A stretch of DNA of 63,023 nt, counting the filler, from Ginglymostoma cirratum (Eukaryota), in assembly GCA_024137785.1 (NCBI GenBank). It is 4 parts of 4 records of this genome, joined end to end, with 100 filler letters (N's around TTAATTAATTAA, not from the genome) between each part and the next. Parts side by side here need not be neighbours in the genome. Positions count along the whole stretch, not along the records: positions 1 to 28,793 come from JAHRHZ010000084.1; 3 more parts are not named here. One strand, 5' to 3'. The position numbers were made by a program, and so were the translations under genes. The first letter of the stretch is position 1; each line of letters opens with the position of its first letter. The notes beneath the pieces were generated by a model. The model was not told the DNA's origin. It did no database searches and saw only the letters and a list, made by a program, of their open reading frames with translations. Positions 1-14,478 of this stretch are shown here, one piece after another.

Positions 1-2189
1 GACATCCCGTGACCTTTTTGAGTCATTTTTAAAGTGTGATAGTGAAAAGTGCCACTGTCCATAGATTTTGCTTTTTTTGGCGAGGTATTTGACAACATGA
101 CGTGATGTAAATTTGGTGATATAACTTTGAATGCGGACTATAAATTTCGTAGCTGATCCATTTCATTCTCATGGCATGAGTTATCGGCGATGGAACAGTT
201 ATATTTTGCATTTAGTAGACATCACTTCATTTCACCGCATCCATGGACTACCTGCATCGAGATTTCTGCATGGTTTCTAATGACACATGCAGATGTGCAG
301 GTCGAAGAATTGTTAGGGGTCAAATTGAAAAAGATTTTAGTTTGATTCAGATGTGATCTCAACTCGATTTACATTTGGGAGGTTGCATAATGTTTACTTT
401 GGCAGTGTAATCGAAATAACTAGGGCTAATGGCAGGGATGGACCTGGTATGTTGGGGTATAAACTTAGCATGAGTAACAGAGCAGAGAAACTGGAGTCAT
501 TTCCTTCAGAAAACTAAACGCCTGCAATCACTCATATGAGACTGTAACAAAATCTAAAATACTGGTTGACGAACAGGGTCAAATCAATACAACAAAATGT
601 CTTTAATTACCCTGTTACTAGCAAGTTCCCAACTTGATACTGCAACCCAGTCCTGGCCACTTGATGAGAAAAATCTTAAGAATGCTTATCGGTTTCGACA
701 CGTTAAAAAAAACCTCCATAGTTATTGTGATTTCAGCATTTAAAATGGGTAAATGTCAGGAGGTATTAATTACACAATTAAGGGGCCAGACTGTGTACAT
801 GAAATTTTTATTTATTATTCCATTCCTTTCATTAAAGTCAATCGACCTTTTTGTGTATACTTGTGGTTAATTTTTGCGCCACATCAGAGTAGTCGGCCTG
901 TGTGCCAAGGCCAACCGAGCTCCTAAAACGAGGTGGGCTCTACCTGCTTTGTGTGTTGGTCACTGTTATCAAAACGATCTAATTTCTCAGCTGTTTCTTT
1001 TAGTTTTGTCTAATTACTTTTCTGTAATTTTCACAAAGCTATTTAATTAAATTTAATAGACACAATGATACTTAGATATACGACACACAAATACACAACA
1101 AACCTGTAGCAATATGCTCACATATATACTCTGAACTTGATTAACATTTGAAAATTATTCAGAATTGATAGTCACGTTAAATTTTATCATCTGTGACAGT
1201 TTGTCAGGCTAAACTTTATCCCGAATAGTGAATCACTATGGAGCGTGCGTTGTACCCTCCATGAGAGAGGATGTCCAACTATTAGCCAGGCTTTTTATTG
1301 TGAATTTGCTTAATTATTTGGAACAATCTTCTCTGCAGGATGCAAGCATGCAACTTATTCTGCACCTTCCAGGCAACGGCAACTGTCACTTTCCTGACAC
1401 GTTGGTCCCTGCATGTGCAGTGGGCGGGTTAATAGTTTGATTGTGCCTTGTTGCAATTCTTGTCAAGCGACGGATATCAGGCAAAACTGCAGGCAAGTCC
1501 TGATAGAACTCTGTTTAGTTGTTTTGTTTGGTCTACTCATTGTGGAATGTTGTAACAGGGACTGTGTAAAATTCAGACTCAGGTCTAGATATTCAGAGCA
1601 ATGCAGATATCATTCAAAATGCTTGGCTTTCCTTGGTCTCAGTGCTCAAAAGCGGGCAATGCTTGACGAGGAACCCTTCAGAATAATATGTCCATATCTC
1701 GATATTAATGTGAACCAAGGCTTTGATCTCTCGAATAAATGCTAATGATAATGTAAATGGCCTATATTAAATACCCTTAATGCTGAAACAGGGAAGAGGT
1801 TCAACCGTGAATGAGAAGGTGTGAAATGTGCACTGCAAAAGGATATATTGGACTTTGGACCAAATCTAATCCATAAGTAGAACCTGATGTTATTTTCTCT
1901 TGGTGTCGAAATTGGTCACTTTAAGCCAATATTGGGGAGCTCTTCATGCGTCAAGGTCATGATAAGTTTTATTGTTGATATGAGTTTTATTCTTCAATAA
2001 GAACAGAGATTACTGAAGACATACCAGACCAGTCGGAGCCACAGGTTAGTTCATTCTCATCCAATCAGAAATTAAAATATGCTGTACATTGGCACCATAA
2101 TTATAGGAATTGCACTGAGTTAACAGAACTGTTTTCGTTTATGGCAGAACAATCCGTGAGTATGGCTGAGTTAACGTTTCTTTTACTTC

Positions 2190-2320
2190 GCTGTGGCGCA
2201 GTGGTTTAGCACTGCTGCCTCACAGCGGCAGGGATCCGCGTGCGATTGAAGCGTCGGGCGACTGTCTTTGTGGAGTTCGCACATTTTCCCTGTGTCTGCG
2301 GAGGTTTTTTAGGGTGCTCA
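2190..2320 (+). mobile_element. HE1-type SINE 5' fragment
   Basis: gtggcgcagtggtttagcactgctgcctcacagc..gtggagttcgcacattttccc. Confidence 0.7.
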
Positions 2321-4599
2321 GAATGTCGCCGAGTTACCGTTTCTTTCACTTCGTTATCTTCCTCCCCATTGCGAGTGAAATCAGTACCTGATAACTGCAG
2401 CAGCAGAACTCGCTTTCAGGTAATCAATCAATTCTCACAGACTTCAATGCTTGTTCTGGTGTTTTCATAGAGCCAGCTGGACAACTATTCAAATATGTGA
2501 AAGATCCCATTTCAGACCAGTTCTGTTTCAAATGACATTCTCATCCACAATCTTGTACATAGGCTCTCTCTGCGTTGATCTGGACTGACCTCGGGGCAGG
2601 ATAACCAGCTGTGCCCTTTTCTCTGCCAAGAGCCACTGAGACCAACTGCTTTTTTCTGAAATTTCAGAAGTTCTAACTTGGATGGCTGTGAATTTCTGAT
2701 CAGCGACATGAGATCATTTTTTAAAAATTTGGCAATGAATTAACCTGAACAAGCAGTGGCAAAGAATGGGCACGCAACTGTGGAAATTGGATCCGCTGAT
2801 CTGCTTATATGAGTATTCTCACATACATAATACCACTTACCTCTACTACATTGTAGTCACAAACTACACTGCTCTATTTCTCTGCCCTTGTCAGGATCGA
2901 CTGTATTGATTCTTGTGTTACTGCATGATGTCTTCAGCATGTGATATGCAAATAATATCTGCCCAAATATATCTCATCAGATCAGGAAGAGGAGAGAAGT
3001 GAACGGCCCTTTCGATGCTGCTCTCAATTTCAGTGAGCACAAGAAATCTGCAAAACCCAGGCATGTGGAAGAGCTCATCATCTCTGCCAAGGTATGAGTT
3101 TGACAAAAAGGAGTGCTCAAGTACAATCGTCTAATTTCAATGATGTACATTGACAAAAATTGAACAATTTACTTGAGCAAAAAATGCAAGTGATCTTTCA
3201 TTGTTGCTCCCTCAGACTAAACAAAGCGCCAACAGTAAACTGACATATGCATCTATGCAATTCACCAATTCCCGGAAAAATGAGAAAAACAACAATCAGA
3301 AAGTGGAAATGGCATATGCAGCGATCAAGATAAACAAGACAAGTGGAGAATCCGAGCTCATATAAACAACTAAAGTGACCAACAATGGGCCAGTCACACA
3401 GGTCCACCATGCAGTGTCTGATTATGGATACTACCCGTCCATTGTTGGTTATTTATAATCACATTGACAAATAATGGAATGGAAGGAACTTGCAAAAGAT
3501 TTACTGAGAGAACAACAGTAGGAACTGACACAACAGCTCATCTAGAAATCTACAGCTCCTTTAAAGGAAACAAGGCAGTGCAGTATTCATCAAAGTTTAA
3601 AAGTGGGACCATTGAAATGCGAAATGCATTTGTCTAATTGGTTGGGAGTAGATGAGGCTGATTATTTGGGTCAGTTCTGCAACATTATAAAATTTTATTC
3701 AGTAAAAGGAGTACATTTCTGTTCAATCATCTTGACTCCTCTGACAGCATTTAGGTTTGACAAGAAATTATTCTCACAATTCTTCAAATTATCATATCAG
3801 TATATCCGTATGTTCCTTTCTGTTTCAAGCACTTAGACAGCTCCTCCTACAACGCACGAATCATCATCATCTCAATGCGTTCTTGTAGATGTAAATTGAG
3901 CTATTAAGTATTTCCTGGGTAATCGGAAGAAAATTACGACAAGAATAAGGACAATGTATTAGAGTGACCTTAACTGAAATTTCTTGCTTGCATCACACTA
4001 TACCCCACTTCATGCCCACACCTTGTCGCCCATAAAACTCTTGTCCATCAAACATCTGCCGAACAATTCTGAATAAATTCTGAAAATATTCAATGGTCAA
4101 ACGACATCTGGCTGATGGGAAAGAAAGTGTTAAAGTCCAGTCACCAGCTGGAAAAGTAATTTTTTTCCTGATTTAAGTATGACATAGGTGAGTTCTTTAT
4201 TGTAAATCCTCCACGCCCCAGTTTTAAACTTAAGCATATGTGGAGATATCTTTCTGGTTTTTAGCCTGTCAAATCTGCTTAGCTGTTTCAAGATGATCTA
4301 CTTCCATTGTTGATAACTCCAATGACATTGGTCCAATCTGTATAAGCCTTTCTGATTCGGCCAGAAATCACATGACACCAGGATGTCGTCCAAGAGATTT
4401 ATTCATCTGATGAAGGGATTATGCTTCGAAAGCATGTGTTTTCAAATAAACCTGTTAGACTCTCACCTGCGTGTCATCTGATTTCTGTCCTTGTCCACGC
4501 CAGTCCAACACCAGCACCTCCACGCCTTGCTGATTAGACAGCCCCTTCATTCCATATGTCCCATTTTAAGTGAGCATACAAACTGTACAATCTGCAATG

Positions 4600-4968
4600 C
4601 TTGATTGATTAGTAATCCAAAATTCCAGCTAATTTTCTGAGGATATTATTTTGTATCCCACCATGGCAGTTGGTGATATTTGAATTCGGTAAAAAATAAG
4701 GAATTAAGATGTTGGCTTCATCGTGACCGTGTAACAGTTATTCAATACCTGAACACCCAAGTGTTCAGCAATGTCCCTTTTAGAAGGAAATTGGCCAATT
4801 GTATCAGTCCTGACCTATTGATGTCTCTCGACCTATGGCAAAGTGGTTGGATATCAACTGTCATCTAACAAGACTTCACAAGCCATTCAGCTCAATGGAA
4901 TCTTGGGATGGGCAATAAATCCTTGCTCAAGCAGTCTTGTCCACATGTCATAAAAGAATAAAACAAAC
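4600..4968 (+). mobile_element. Decayed Deu-domain SINE
   Basis: Similar to the reverse complement of 8727-9075; A-rich end. Confidence 0.6.
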
Positions 4969-5254
4969 CTCTGGACACGATTGTGAAGAGGCAAGTGAGG
5001 AGAGGAAGAAGTGAATGAAGAAAGACTTTGAGCAGAATGCGATTCAGCATCATTCAAAAAGGGAAGGAGGTAAACGGGGAATAAATATTGATCTTGCTTT
5101 TGGTGCACCTTCTTTGCAGTCATAACTTTGTGCTCCATGGTCTGTTCAACCACCCGATGATCTTTGTATCTTGCAATCTGCATTCAAAACACAACCTTCC
5201 ACTCAACCTCGGTATATGTCACAATAATAAATCAAATCAAATCACGTCAAATCA

Positions 5255-6150
5255 AAAAAATCAAACTACAGGCTGATTAACCTAACATCCATTGGTGGAA
5301 GAATATTGAATAATTTGTTAAAAAAGTAACAGCAGAACATTTGGAAAATCATTATCTCATCAAGGCAAGTCATATCTGACGAATTCAGGAGAGTTTTTGA
5401 GGCATTTTAAACGAAAGTGGACAGAGCAAAACCAATAGATGTGTTGTACTTGGACTTGCAGAAAGTGTTCAACACGTTATCTCACAAAAGGTGAAGTCAT
5501 AAGATAAGAGCTCATGGTGTTGGATGCAGCATAATTGCATGGAGAATTGGCGAATGGGCAGGAAACACTGCGTGGGTAGAGGGGTTCTTTTTCAGGTTAG
5601 TGACCTGTGACCACTGAGCTTCCACTGGGGTTAGAGTAGGGTCTGCAGTTGTTACAAAATTCATTCCTGACTTGGAAGAAAGAAGTGAAAGTACTGCAGC
5701 CAAATATGCAGATGACACAAAAATAAGTGGAAAGATAGGTTGCGAGGGAGATACAAACAGTTTGCAGAGAGTCGTTGATCGGTTAGGTAAGGAATTAAAA
5801 GTCAGTAAATAAATATAATGTGGGAAAATGTGAAGTTGTTAGTTTTGGAAGGGAAAACAAAGAACAGAATATTATTTAAATGGAGAAAACTGCAGAAAGC
5901 CGCAACACAAAGGGAGTTGGGGATACTTCTACATGCAATACAGAAAGCTAACAAGCAGGTGCAGCAGGTAATTATGAAAGGCGAGTGGAATGTGGGCCTT
6001 TATTTCAAGGGGATTGATATATAAGACCAGGGAAGCCTTCCTGCAATTCTACAACTTGCTGGTAAGATTACATCTGGAGTACTGTGAGCTGTTTTGATCC
6101 CCTAATTCAAGGTAATCTATCTTTTCACTGGAAGCAGGTCCTGAGAGTTG
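5255..6150 (+). mobile_element. Decayed CR1 LINE (RT region)
   Basis: Remnants DVLYLDLQKVF and KYADDTKISG, with stops and frameshifts. Confidence 0.8.
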
Positions 6151-9100
6151 TCGTGTCTGGATTACTACTGGTGACAAGTGCAAGTGCGAGTAGGAATAGG
6201 AGGATTGAGCAGATAAATGTGTGGCCGAGGAGCTGGTGCAGGGGAGAAAGATTCACATTGTCAGATCATTGGAATCTCTTCTGCGATAGAAGTGACCTGT
6301 ACAAGGACCTGTTAAACCTGAATTGGAAGTGAATCTTCCAATATGTACTGAAGGGGGATTTGCTAGAGCAACGCGGGAGGATTTAAATTAGTTAGCAGGA
6401 GGGTGTGTAGGACTTAGAGATAAAGTGAGAAAAGAGATCAGTTTGAGCCTGGTATAGTTGGGAAAATTAACCAGTCAAACAGTCAAGGCAGTCAGGAACA
6501 AAGTAGAGAATGAAATAGGACTGATGAATTAAATTGCATTTATTTCAATGCAAGAGGCCTGACAGGTAAGGCAGATGAAATCAGGGCATAGTTGGGCATA
6601 AGAGGCATGGAAATCATAACTATTACAGAGACGTGGCTCAGGATTGGACAGGACTGGCAGCTTAATAATCCAGGGTATAGATGCTTTGGAAGGATAGGAT
6701 ATGGGGGTTGGCGGGGTGGGGGGAAGACAGGAGTGGGAGTGGTGCTTTTGGTTCATGAAGTTATTTGGATGGAACTGAGAAATAAGAAAGGGATGATCAC
6801 ATTGTTGTATTTGCACTGTAGACCTCCTTTCATCTGAGATAAATTGAGAAGCAAAATAGTAAGAAGATCTCAGTTATTTTTATGAATAGTAGAGTGGCTA
6901 TGGTAACGGATTTTAATTTTCCAAACACAGACCAGGACTACCATCATGTTAAGGGCTTGGGTGGAAAGTGACCCCAAGAAAACTTTCTTATTCAGTATGT
7001 GAATATACCTACCAGAGAAAGAGCAAAATGAGACTTTCTCTTGGGAAATAAATAAAAGCAAGTGACTGAGGTTTCAGTGGGGGAGCACTTTGGGACCAGT
7101 GATCATAATTCTATTAGTTTGAAATCAGTGATGGAAAAGGATAGACCTGATTCTAAACTTCAAGTTCTAGGTTGGAGGAAGGCCAATTTTGACGGTATTA
7201 GGCAAGAACTTTCAAAAGTTGATTGTGTTGGATATTTGCTGGTAAAGGAACAACTGGAAAATGGGAAGCGTTCAAAAATGAAATAATCAGAGCCCAGAGA
7301 CAGTATGTTTCAGTTTGGGTGAAGGGTAAGGCTGGTAGACGGAGGGAAGACTGGAGAAATTGAGATTCTCGTCAAGAAAAAGAACGAAGCATATGTCATG
7401 TATAGACAGCAGTGATTGGGTGAATCCCTAAAGGATTTTAGAGGCAGTAAGAGCATACTTAATAGGGAAATCAAGAGGGCTAAAAGGGGACATTTACATC
7501 TGCAAGTAGAGTCAATGAAAATCTGAAGGGATTCTACAAACACATTAAGCTGCAAAAGAGTAACTGGGAAGAGAATAGGGCCCCTTAAAGATCAGCAAGG
7601 CCGCTTTTGAGTGGAATCGCAGGAAATGGGTGAGATATTGAATGAGTATCTCACATCAGTGCTTATGGCAGAGCAGGATATGGAATTTAGAGAATTTAGG
7701 GAAAAAAATAGCGATATCTTGAAAAGTGTCCATATTGCAAAGCAGGATGTCTTAAAATGCATAAAGGTGGAGAAATTCCCAGGACTTGATCAGGTGTACC
7801 TGAGAACTTCATGGGAAGCGAGGGAAGAAATTGTTCGGCCCCTTGCTGAGCGATTCGTATCATTGATAGCTACAGGTGAGGTGCTGGAAGACTGGAGTTT
7901 GGACAAAATGGTGCCATTATTTAACATAGGTGGTAAGGTAAAGCCAGGGAACTATAGACTGGTGGGCCTGACATCAGTGTTTATTGCTGTTTATTGTATA
8001 AATTGTTGGAAGGGATTCTGAGGGATAGGAATTACATGTATTTGGAAAGACAAGGACTGATTAAGATTGCCAAGTTGGCTTTGTGCATGGGAAATGGGGT
8101 CTCACTAAATTGATTGAGATTTTGAAGAAGTGATGAAGAGCATTGATGAAGGCAGAGTGGTGAATGTGGTCTATGTGGACTTCAAGAAGGCGTATGACAA
8201 GTTTCCACACAGTAGGCTAGTTAACAAGGTTAGATCACGTGGAATAGAGAGAGAACCAGCCATTGGATACATCAGTTGCTCAATGGTGAGAGACAGAAGA
8301 TGGTGGTAGAGGGTTTATTTTCGGACTGCAGAGCTATGACCAGCACTGTGCCACAAGGATCAGTGTTAGGTCCACTGCTTTTTCTCATTTATATAAATAA
8401 GTTGGATATGAATATCGGAGGAAAGGTTAGTAATTTTACAGGTGACACCAAAATTGGTGATGTAGTGGACAGTTTAGAAAGTTATTTCAGGGTACAACAG
8501 GACCTTGATCAAGTGGGCTGATGGGCTGAGGAGCGGGAGATGGGGAATGCTGCTGAACAAAGAGACTTTGGAGTTCAGGTTCATAGATCCTTGGAAATGG
8601 AATTGCACGTGGACAGGATAGTGAAGGAGGTGTTTGGTACTCTGTCCTTTTTTGGTCAGTGCATTGAAGATAGGAGATGAAAGGTCATGTTGCAGCGGTT
8701 CAGGACATTGGTTAGGCCATCTCCGGAATTTTTTTTTTATTATTCATTCACGGGACAAGGGCTTTGCTGGCTGAGCAGCATATATTGCTCAGAGGGCAGT
8801 TAAGAATCAAATACATTTCCGTGGGTCTGGAATCCCATGTAGGTCAGACCAGGTAAGGATGGCCGTTTCCTTCCCTGAAGGACATTAGTGAACCAGATGG
8901 GTTTTTCCAACAATCGACAATGGATTCACAGTTATTATTAGACTCTGGATTCCAGATATTTATTGAATTCGAATCCCACCATCTCCCATGACAGGATTCA
9001 AACCCACATCCCCAGAATGTTATTGGGATCTCTGGATTAACAGTCCAGTGATAATACCACTAGGTTATCACCTCCCTACGAATGCCACATTCAATTCTGG

Positions 9101-9595
9101 TCTTCCTGCTCTTGGAAAGATGTGGAGAATCTCAAAAGGGTTCAGAAAAGATTTTCAAGAATGTTGCCAGGGTTGGAAGGTTTCAGCTATAGGGAGAGCC
9201 TGAATTAGTCTGTGGCTATTTTTCCTAGAGTGTCAGAGGCTGTGGGCTGACCTTAGAGAAGTTTATAAGATCATGAGGGGCACAAACAGTGGCCACAAGC
9301 AAGGACTTTCCCCCATGATAGCGGAGTCTACACCGAGAGGGCATAGACGAGAGGGGAAAGATTTAAAATGGCACTAAGGGGTAACTCTTTCACGCAGTGG
9401 GTGGTGTGTGTGTGTGGAACGAGGTATCAAAGGAAATGCTAGAACTGGTACAGTTGCAACATTTAGAAGGCATCACAATGGATATCGGAAAAGCAAGGGT
9501 TCAGACAGATATGAGATCAAATTAATTCAGGATATCTGTTTGACATGGACGAGCTGGACCGAATAGTCTGTTTCCATGCTGTTCATCTCGATGAT
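6150..9595 (+). mobile_element. Decayed CR1 LINE (ORF1 end, endonuclease, RT, 3' tail) with nested SINE
   Basis: ORF pieces ITETWL, GTSDHNSI, PGNYRLV and VPQGSVLGPLLFLIYIN; CR1-type 3' end. Confidence 0.9.
8727..9075 (-). mobile_element. Deu-domain SINE (SacSINE1-like) nested in CR1
   Basis: Poly-T end, core ccaggtaaggatgg..tttccttccctgaaggacattagtgaaccagatgggttttt, tRNA-like head; CR1 sequence resumes on both sides. Confidence 0.75.
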
Positions 9596-12500
9596 ACCAC
9601 AGCTGTCGAACTGCAAACTCGTATGCAGCGAATCAGCTATTCAGGTTTCCCCTCTATCTCTTGTACATTAAGCTTGGATGCCCAAAGTAGTATTATTTCC
9701 TCCATCTTATCTTGCATCTCTGTTTGTATCCCACTGAGACCGCTCATTTCCAGGCCTCAGGACAGCTTTGGGAATGCCAGTGTTGTAGATCATAAGAGGG
9801 GAGACGAGCATGCACATCCTCGACTTCAAGGCACCAATTAATGACGATTAATTTATGCCAGCAAGGATCTCTGGAAAACTGAAATCCATACGATTTAGTT
9901 AAAATGTTTGATTGGCTGCAGTCATGTGGAACACAAAAACAGATTACTATGTTGTTATGGGCAAAATATTTCAGTCCCAGGACATTACTGCTGGAGATTC
10001 TCAACATACTATGATTGAACCAACCCAATTACTTTTTTCATTTCATTCTTTCCCATCATAATGACAGAAGTGGTGATGTTCAATGGCCATTGCACAATAT
10101 TCAAAGCAATTCACAGCTTCTCAGACAGTGAAGCTGTCAACGTTGATATGTGTCCAGCTCGACATTCAGGCTGGAGCTGATAAATGGTGAACAACATCCA
10201 TGTGAGGTGTGAGGCGACGACCACCTGTAACAACAAAGAACCTTAGCATCTCCTCATGACACTCAATCACATTAGCAACAGTTACTCTCTGTAAGGCTAA
10301 GCTTCTGTGCCTGTGGTAGAAAACCCACCACAGCAAATGATAGAATTTAACATCAATCAACATCAGTAATAATGACCATGGTAACTAACCATTGATGTAA
10401 AATTTCATCTGATGCTCTAATGTCCCTCTAGAAAGGGAAATAATACACCATTAACATTTCTGACGACTAAGTTAATCCAGGCAAAACAATGTGTGCTGAC
10501 TCTTCACTGCATTCTTACCTAGTAATTAAGGAAAATTATTAATGTGCACCTAAAGCTGGAATTGTGCAATCATCCACCACCCCAGAAAGCATTCAAAAAA
10601 GTCAAATGTGAATGTACTGTGTAATTTGCCCTCCCAGCCCCACACTATCCGGACATGGAACTGCAGTAAAAAGCTGCTCCTCCACTGTCACTGCATCGGA
10701 ATGTGGGAACTAACATCCCAGTAGTATTGTGTGTATACCTGATATCGATATCAGATGAAGAATGCGCATCATCAGCATCTTCTCAAGGTCAGTCATGGAT
10801 TGACACTGTTCTCAGGAGAAATATCAAAAAGGAGTCTTGAGTTCTGAGTTCCATTGTACAAGCAATCTTTATTCAGGGCTCTGTTGCCACGTATGTGAGT
10901 AAGGTCAGAGACCACTCTGAATCTGACTTTCATGTGGGGCCCAGTTGCCCTGTTAAACACAGCTCAGATCATAGGTTAATGACACTCTGGGTTCCCCAGC
11001 AAAATGTAACATTTTTATACTTTTACATTACAATATTTATATGTAACATTGATGCAATTCTGAGTCACACGCCCTCTTCTATACATCCAATCCAGTGAAC
11101 ACGCAATCAATGATGACCACCTCTATCTATAGCCCTCGGTCCTCCCATAATATCATGATGTCTACCATATCATCCATCATCTGTCTTTAGGACCATACAA
11201 TGCTTCTGACAGTTATATTCATTCCCAGACATTGGCCAGCTGCACCACATCATTTTCCAATCACCTAAATAGCCACTTGTCACTGAGACCTCTTCCAAAT
11301 TCTGAACTAACTTTAGTGTGACAGATTAGTAAGCATATTAATTGCTACAAATTGTTACAAAGTCTCTAAAATCAACTCTAAAGTTACTATCACACAGCTG
11401 ACAAATCGAGAACACCCCCTTTCCCACTTCAGCCTGAGAGATCAAATAAACATTCCTTCTGGCATGACTGTATTTTACAACTCCTGCTCTTTGTGTGCTG
11501 CAAAATAAATTACAACTGAAGTTTCATTTTCAGTAAATCTTTTCCAGTTCTACTCTAAACACTTTCTATTCCTAATTATATTTTGATTACTACAATACAT
11601 CTATTTGACTTCCACTGATGAGGGTGAAATTCAATCACTTTATAACTTTATCAAGCCATGAAACAAAACTTGTTTAGATTTAACAAACAACACGGGGACA
11701 CAACCATATCTTCACTCTGTATTTTGTAATCTATCTCTGTCACTCATCCCATGATCGTTGGATATAAGAATGTATTCAAATTACCTCCATTTGCAGTTAA
11801 GTTTCAAGAGTTTATCTCTTGCCAGTCGTGACCTTTTTTTAATACATTCCACTGCTCTCCTCCTGAGCCAATTGTTTTTGGGAGGTCATGTTTACATCAT
11901 TTATAAATCTATCATCTCCAATAATGCAATAGACCTCTTTAATGTCAACAAAGATTTACTCAAGGAATACAACTAACCTTTTCACACTAATTTGTTGTTT
12001 GCCTTTCTAATTCTACAATTACTTAAGCAGTTCAGAATACTGTAGGATCAGATGTTTCCTTCTACCTTTTTCTAAATAACAAACTTGAGACTGTGGCTAA
12101 GCTAAACCTTTTAAAAATACCTCTTATTAAAATGCTGATATGTTTAGAACTGCCTGTTTACAAAAGCCTGATTAACTTCCATAGTGTTTCTTCCAGAAAG
12201 AATCTCCTCTTATCCAGTGTATCTGTGTGGAGACTACAAGTCAAGCTGTGAACAGCTGCTGTACATAAGTGTCAAGCCTGTTTGGCCATCTTGCGCTCAC
12301 TAAAAATATACCCCAAGCAGCCATGTTGTCAAGTTTAGGTCATGTGCCTCTACAACAGACACTAATTTACAATATTTGGAGACAATAATGATCACATAAA
12401 TAAATGAAAGTCTATTTCCTCCACAATAGCATGCAAAAAAGCAACACAACTTTTCACTCATTGGCCTGATGCACATTTCTATGCCTCTATTACTTCTTGA

Positions 12501-12789
12501 AGGCCAGTACTGCCTGGGGATTGCTTCTCTCAATCATTTCAGCCACCACCATTAATGAATACACAAATGAATTCAGGTCCCATACTCCCCCAGCTTTTCT
12601 TGTTTAATTATATTCTGAATTTTCAAAGCATTGGGTGATGCAATATGCAAAGCACCTTGCTGTATCAATGATTAAATTGGTATCAATTCTGCATTTTCCA
12701 GATTGCCCACAATCCATGAACATTTACCAATCTGTGTATATCCTGGTCAGATTCCCATTCCAGATATAACATCTTTGCATAACATTGAA

Positions 12790-14035
12790 GGTCATGGAGT
12801 CATAAAGCATGGAAACAGAACCTTTGGTTCAACTCAATCATGCTAACCATGATCCCAAACTAAACTGGTCACACCTGCCTGCATTTGGCCAATATTCCTC
12901 GAAGTATAAGAGAGTAGTAGTGATAAGGGACTGTGAAGTCAGGGGCACAGATGGGCATTTCTGTGGCTACAAAAGAGCATTTAGAATGGTGTGTTGTCAC
13001 CTTGATGCCAGGGTCAAGGATGTCTTGAGCAGGCAAAGAATATTCGGAAGGGAAAGGGTGCGCTGCGAGGGTTTGTGGTCCAGATTGGTGCTGATGACAT
13101 AGGCAGAAAGAGGGATGAGGTCCTGCAAAGGGAGCTCAGGAGTTAGGTAGAAAATTGAAAAGCAGGACTTCTAAAATTCTAGTCTTGAGATTTGTTCTTG
13201 TGCAGTCGTCAGTAAGGCTAGGAATTGGGTAATACTACAGTTAAGCATGTGACTAAAGAGCTGGTGAAGGATGGAGGGCTTTGGGTCCGTGGATCATTGG
13301 GATGTTTTCCAGGCCAGGTGGGACCTTGCACCTCAACTGGAGAGGCGTAAGTATCGTGGCAAGGAGGTTTGTTAGTGCTATTCAGGAGGGTTTAAACTAG
13401 CGTGGCAGGGGGTCAGACACCAAAGCAGTGGGTTAGCAGGTAAAATAACTGAGGAAGAGAGAGAACCTAAGGTCAATAAGACTAAAAGGAAGAACAGACA
13501 GGGAGAGGTTACTGAAAACGATGGGGCTGGTGCTCTGTGGTGTAATGTTTTACAGAGAGGAGGATGACAGGTAAGGAAAATAAACTTAGAACATGGTATA
13601 ATACACATTACTGTGATGTTGTGGCCAATACCGAGATTTGGTTGAGAGAGGGACAAGATTGGCAGCTCAATGTTTCGGGGTTTAGATGTTTCAGGTGAGA
13701 TAGAGAGAGAAGAAAAGTGATGAAGGAGTCTTTTTCCGAGGGTAGAAATGTCAATTACTCAGAAACACAGATTTAAGGTAAAAGGGAGAAGTTTAAAGAT
13801 GTGAGAAGCAAGTTTGTTACACAGAGTGTGGTAAGTGCCTGGAATGTGTGACCAATGGAGGTGGTGGAGATGCACACAAAAACAACATTTAAGAAGCATC
13901 TTGACACATATATGGAAAGGCAGGGAAAAGAGGGATATGAACTGCATCGGAGCAAAAGAATTTTAGTTTAAAAAACCATCATGTGTTGGTAGGCCAAAGG
14001 ATCTGTTCCTGAGCTGTCCTGTTCTTTGTTCTTTG
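12790..14035. mobile_element. CR1 LINE fragments (ORF1/endonuclease start and 3' ends)
   Basis: VVVIRDCEVRGTD..RMVCC..ARVKDV (CR1 ORF1 esterase-like) plus CR1 3' tails. Confidence 0.72.
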
Positions 14036-14478
14036 CTCCTGGTCATTTGTGTACCGGGTAAAAAGGAAGATGGTTATGTTATTTGGAGGTTAGTCATTTC
14101 AAATTCAGGATATCACTGCAAGAGTTCCTCAGGTTGTGTCCTCGGCCCAAGCATCTTCAATGACTTCATCAATACCTCTCCATCATAGGGTCAGAAGTGG
14201 AGATGTTCGCTGATGATTACATCAATGTTCAAAACCATTTGCAACTTCTCAGATACTGAAGCAGTCCCTACTGAAATGTAGCAAGACCTGTACAAAATCC
14301 AGGTTTTGGTTGACAAACAGAAACTAATATTTATTACATTAAAAATTCCATTATTCCAAATAATGAAGCTAACCAATGACAGAGAATATAGACATTGCCC
14401 CTTGATATCGAATGACACCACAATCATTGAATCTCCGAGCACTTACAGGAAACTGAATGGAACTAGTCACAAATAACA

